NCBI GenBank assembly: GCA_002269645.1 | Contig: NIVC01002332.1 | Location: forward strand, 33,847-97,846 | Source: Macrostomum lignano | Lineage: Eukaryota | Length of the DNA stretch: 64,000 nt | Reading direction: 5' to 3' | Shown: piece after piece, positions 59,676-64,000 of the stretch | Position numbering within the stretch: the first letter of the stretch is position 1 | Layout: the number at the start of each line of letters is the position of its first letter | Made by a program: the position numbers and the translations under genes | Notes under the pieces: model-generated | Seen by the model: the letters and a program-made list of their open reading frames with translations, nothing else | Database searches by the model: none | What the model was told of the DNA's origin: nothing

Positions 59676-59920
59676 AATAAGAATCGCATTTCGCATTTAC
59701 AACAACTCTATTTAGTCTACTTGAGTCAGCAGAAAGTTAAGCACTAACAAAATGACTTGTGGGCGACTTTTTTTCGCGACTCTTTTACGATTCTACAGCT
59801 CACGTGACAAATGTGCAGGAGCATTAGACTAAAAAAACCAATAAGGTGCGGTAAGACACAAACAAAGGACTAACTAGAACAAACTAGAGCATCTTTATCT
59901 CCAACGCGCCCTGTGATCGG

Positions 59921-62900
59921 TCAGCTCTCTAACAGGTTGTTTGTTTGCAACACTCGACCAACGCCGAGCAGTCGGTGACCGCTGCGAAGCACCAGACGAT
60001 CGCCCGGTCGCAGCAGTTCGGCCTGCTTGGCAAATCGCAGATGAACCTGGACTGGACTGGCCACACTGCAGTCTATTCGCCTCTGTTGCTGTTGACGCCG
60101 TTTACTCGAATTCAAACCCGATGACGCGGATGCTGATGCTAAAAGTCCATTGCTAACAATGGCCTGTTGGCAGACAATTCCGCACAGGATGTTCACCGGT
60201 TGATTGTGACGGAGCGGACCGCCGCTGAGACCACCACCGCCGCGCTGTCGGCAGTGCAGCGCCACCTCGGCGCTGAAGCTGAGCACAGCTGGTGGATGGC
60301 TGTTCAATGGGATTAGGAAGGCGCCCCGTCTGGCGAAACTCTCAGCTACGCGTGGCAACGAGTGCGAGCCCCAGTTTCTGCGGAGTTTAAGGTAAGATCA
60401 GGGGCGATTCTCAAGGTAAGATCAGGGGCGATTCTCAAGGTAAGATCAGGGGCGATTCTCAAGGTAAGATCAGGGGCGATTCTCAAGGTAAGATCAGGGG
60501 CGATTCTCAAGGTAAGATCAGGGGCGATTCTCAAGGTAAGATCAGGGGCGATTCTCAAGGTAAGATCAGGGGCGATTCTCACGGTAAGATCAGGGGCGAT
60601 TCTCACGGTAAGATCAGGGGCGATTATCAAGGTAAGATCAGGGGCGATTCTCACGGTAAGATCAGGGGCGATTCTCAAGGTAAGATCAGGGGCGATTCTC
60701 AAGGTAAGATCAGGGGCGATTCTCAAGGTAAGATCAGGGGCGATTCTCAAGGTAAGATCAGGGGCGATTCTCATGGTAAGATCAGGGGCGATTATCAGGG
60801 TAAGATCAGGGGCGATTCTCAAGGTAAGATCAGGGGCGATTCTCAAGGTAAGATCAGGGGCGATTCTCACGGTAAGATCAGCGGTGATTTTCAAGGTAAG
60901 ATCAGGGGCGATTCTCAAGGTAAGATCAGGGGCGACTCTCACGGTAAGATCAGGGGCGATTCTCAAGGTAATATCAGGGGCGATTCTCAAGGTAAGATCA
61001 AGGGCGATTCTCACGGTAAGATCAGGGGCGATTCTCAAGGTAAGATCAGGGGCGATTCTCAAGGTAAGATCAGGGGCGATTCTCAGGGTAAGATCAGGGG
61101 CGATTCTCAAGGTAAGATCAGGGGCGATTCTCAAGGTAAGATCAGGGGCGATTCTCAAGGTAAGATCAGGGGCGATTCTCAAGGTAAGATCAGGGGCGAT
61201 TTTCAAGGTAAGATCAGGGGCGATAATCAATGTAAGATCAGGGGCGATTCTCAAGGTAAGATCAGGGGCGATTCTCACGGTAAGATCAGGGACGATTCTC
61301 AATGTAAGATCAGGGGCGATTCTCACGGTAAGATCAGGGGCGACTCTTAATGTAAGATCAGGGGCGATTCTCACGGTAAGATCAGGGACGATTCTCAATG
61401 TAAGATCAGGGGCGATTCTCAGGGTAAGATCAGGGGCGACTCTAAATGTAAGATCAGGGGCGATTCTCAGGGTAAGATCAGGGGCGACTTTAAATGTAAG
61501 ATCAAGGGCGATTCTCACGGTAAGATCAGGGACGATTCTCACGGTAAGATCAGGGGCGATTCTCACGGTAAGATCAGGGACGATTCTCAATGTAAGATCA
61601 GGGGCGATTCTCACGGTAAGATGGAAGGCGATACTCACGGTAAGATAGATTGAGGGCGATTCTCACCGTAAGATCAGGGGCGATTCTCACGGTAAGATCA
61701 GGAGCGATTTTCAAGGTAAGATCAGGAGCGATTTTCAAGGTAAGATCAGGGGCGATTCTCAAGGTAAGATCAGGGGCGATTCTCAAGGTAAGATCAGGGG
61801 CGATTTTCAAGGTAAGATCAGGGGCGATTCTCAAGGTAAGATCAGGGGCGATTCTCAAGGTAAGATCAGGGGCGATTCACAAGGTAAGATCAGGGGCGAT
61901 TTTCAAGGTAAGATCAGGGGCGATTCTCAAGGTAAGATCAGGGGCGATTCTCAAGGTAAGATCAGGGGCGATTATCAAGGTAAGATCAGGGGCGATTATC
62001 AATGTAAGATCAGGGGCGATTCTCAAGGTAAGATCAGGGGCGATTCTCACGGTAAGATCAGGGACGATTCTCAATGTAAGATCAGGGGCGATTCTCAGGG
62101 TAAGATCAGGGGCGACTCTAAATGTAAGATCAGGGGCGATTCTCACGGTAAGATCAGGGGCGACTCTAAATGTAAGATCAGGGGCGATTCTCACGGTAAG
62201 ATCAGGGACGATTCTCAATGTAAGATCAGGGGCGATTCTCAAGGTAAGATCAGGGGCGATTCTCAAGGTAAGATCAGGGGCGATTTCAAGGTAAGATCAG
62301 GGGCGATTCTCAAGGTAAGATCAGGGGCGATTCTCAGGGTAAGATCAGGGGCGATTTTCAAGGTAAGATCAGGGGCGATTCTCAGGTAAGATCAGGGACG
62401 ATTCTCAAGGTAAGATCAGGGGCGATTCTCAGGGTAAGATCAGGGGCGACTCTAAATGTAAGATCAGGGGCGAATCTCACGGTAAGATAGATTGAGGGCG
62501 ATTCTCACGGTAAGATAGATTGAGGGCGATTCTCACGGTAAGATCAGGGACGATTCTCACGGTAAGATCAGGGGCGATTCTCACGGTAAGATCAGGGGCG
62601 ATTCTCAAGGTAAGATCAGGGGCGATTCTCAAGGTAAGATCAGGGGCGATTCTCAAGGTAAGATCAGGGGCGATTTTCAAGGTAAGATCAGGGGCGATTA
62701 TCAATGTAAGATCAGGGGCGATTCTCAAGGTAAGATCAGGGGCGATTCTCACGGTAAGATCAGGGACGATTCTCAGGGTAAGATCAGGGGCGACTCTAAA
62801 TGTAAGATCAGGGGCGATTCTCACGGTAAGATCAGGGGCGATTCTCAGGGTAAGATCAGGGGCGACTCTAAATGTAAGATCAGGGGCGATTCTCACGGTA

Positions 62901-63756
62901 AGATCAGGGACGATTCTCAATGTAAGATCAGGGGCGATTCTCAGGGTAAGATCAGGGGCGACTCTAAATGTAAGAACAGGGGCGATTCTCAGGGTAAGAT
63001 CAGGGGCGACTCTAAATGTAAGATCAAGGGCGATTCTCACGGTAAGATCAGGGACGATTCTCACGGTAAGATCAGGGACGATTCTCAATGTAAGATCAGG
63101 GGCGATTCTCACGGTAAGATGGAAGGCGATTCTCACGGTAAGATTGGGGAGGCGATTCTCACGGTAGATTAGGGCGATTTTCTAAGCCACTTACCTGTCC
63201 TCCAGCTGCAGACAGACAGTCACAGATGCCCAATGCCCGGCCTGCACCGCGCCGCAGGGCAGCCGATTCCGATTTAGTCCGGTAATCCGCACCGTAACAA
63301 AGACCCCGTCAACTCCGGGCCCAAGCTTAAGCAGTTCGCCTCTCGAAGCTGGCCGTTCAACACCGGACCAGACAGAACGTAGCTGAACTTGCCAGAGCCG
63401 CACAGCGACGCCACGCTGTCAACGCAGAATTCCTGAGCAAATCTTTGCTGCTGCTGCTGCTGTTGAAGATGCCTCGAACCGAGGCCGACTCGAGACTGCG
63501 GATTCGTTGGAGCAACGTTGAGAAATTCAGTCAGCAGCGACAAGCCGGAGCCTGTGACGCAGGACAGCGGAAACACCGGAGTGACACTGCCGCCAGCTTG
63601 GAAAATATTGTCTGCAGCTGTGATTGCGTCATCCTTGGTCTGCACTATCAGGGGTACTCGCTTGTTGCCTGTAGCTTTTAGCCAGGCCTCAACTGAGGCC
63701 AGCACTGGCCCGTGATCGCACAGATCGATCTTAGTGATCACCACTATGAAGGGCAC
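59921..63756 (-). CDS. GTPBP2: GTPBP2-like (GTPBP1/2 family) translational GTPase, last two exons, with a 1-nt frameshift near 63339
   Basis: Exon 63756-63195: VPFIVVITKIDLC, TKDDAITAA, VTPVFPLSCVTG, then LKLGP and NRNRLPC..VQAG. Exon 60377-59921: RRGAFL, LRFAKQAELLRPGDRLVLR, GVGRV. The 5' exons lie beyond the window. Confidence 0.8.
60388..63175. repeat. 24-bp minisatellite AAGGTAAGATCAGGGGCGATTCTC filling the 2817-bp GTPBP2 intron
   Basis: About 115 copies. It produces the KVRSGAIL/RIAPDLTL ORFs. Confidence 0.98.
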
Positions 63757-63796
63757 CTGTAGGAGAGAGAGGTGTCGGGTTTAGTATAGGTTTGAT

Positions 63797-64000
63797 CCTC
63801 ACCTGTAGCTTAATCCCCTAATCCTCACCTGCAGCTTAATCCCCTAATCCTCACCTGTAGCTTAATCTCCTAATCCTCACCTGTAGCTTAATCCCCTAAT
63901 CTTCACTTGTAGCTGAATTGGCTAATTCTCACCTGTAGCTTAATCCCCTAATCATCATCTGTAGCTGAATTGGCTAATCCTCACCTGTATCTTAATCCCC
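63797..64000. repeat. 26-bp minisatellite CCTCACCTGTAGCTTAATCCCCTAAT in the upstream GTPBP2 intron
   Basis: About 8 copies up to the window edge. Confidence 0.9.

Noticed and set aside
60346-63167. Long ORFs on both strands (up to 430 aa)
   Set aside because: They are translations of a stop-free 24-bp repeat inside an intron.

Overview
Eukaryotic, animal-type genomic DNA with spliceosomal introns; no prokaryotic features and no CRISPR. I reconstructed gene models by hand from GT/GC-AG sites with consistent phases. Minus strand, in tandem: GTF2E2 (TFIIE-beta), RAB3, TRMT11 and a CABLES-like gene that runs off the left edge. Plus strand: a TIA1/TIAR-like 3-RRM gene, ATG13, a 7-exon 458-aa gene and two small ankyrin genes. 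Also on the minus strand: PFN4-like profilin and the 3' part of a GTPBP2-like GTPase with a 1-nt frameshift. The most interesting object is the 7-exon gene at 44685-50481. It carries, in order, the nucleotidyltransferase motifs of T4 Rnl1/fungal Trl1-type ATP-dependent RNA ligases (ARG..KKF, KANG, SK, FE, EGxV, KxK..WY) and has no healing domains. Several genes have a splice acceptor just before the ATG, and two have no in-frame ATG after the acceptor. This suggests SL trans-splicing, possibly with an SL-donated AUG as known in flatworms; the taxon is not proven. Nearly every intron over about 400 bp holds its own minisatellite, and these explain most long ORFs in the track. Mobile elements include Tc1 derivatives (one nested in a MITE whose empty site is also in the window), hAT/P-like MITEs, non-autonomous Helitron-like elements and tRNA-derived SINEs. 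Repeat boundaries are approximate.
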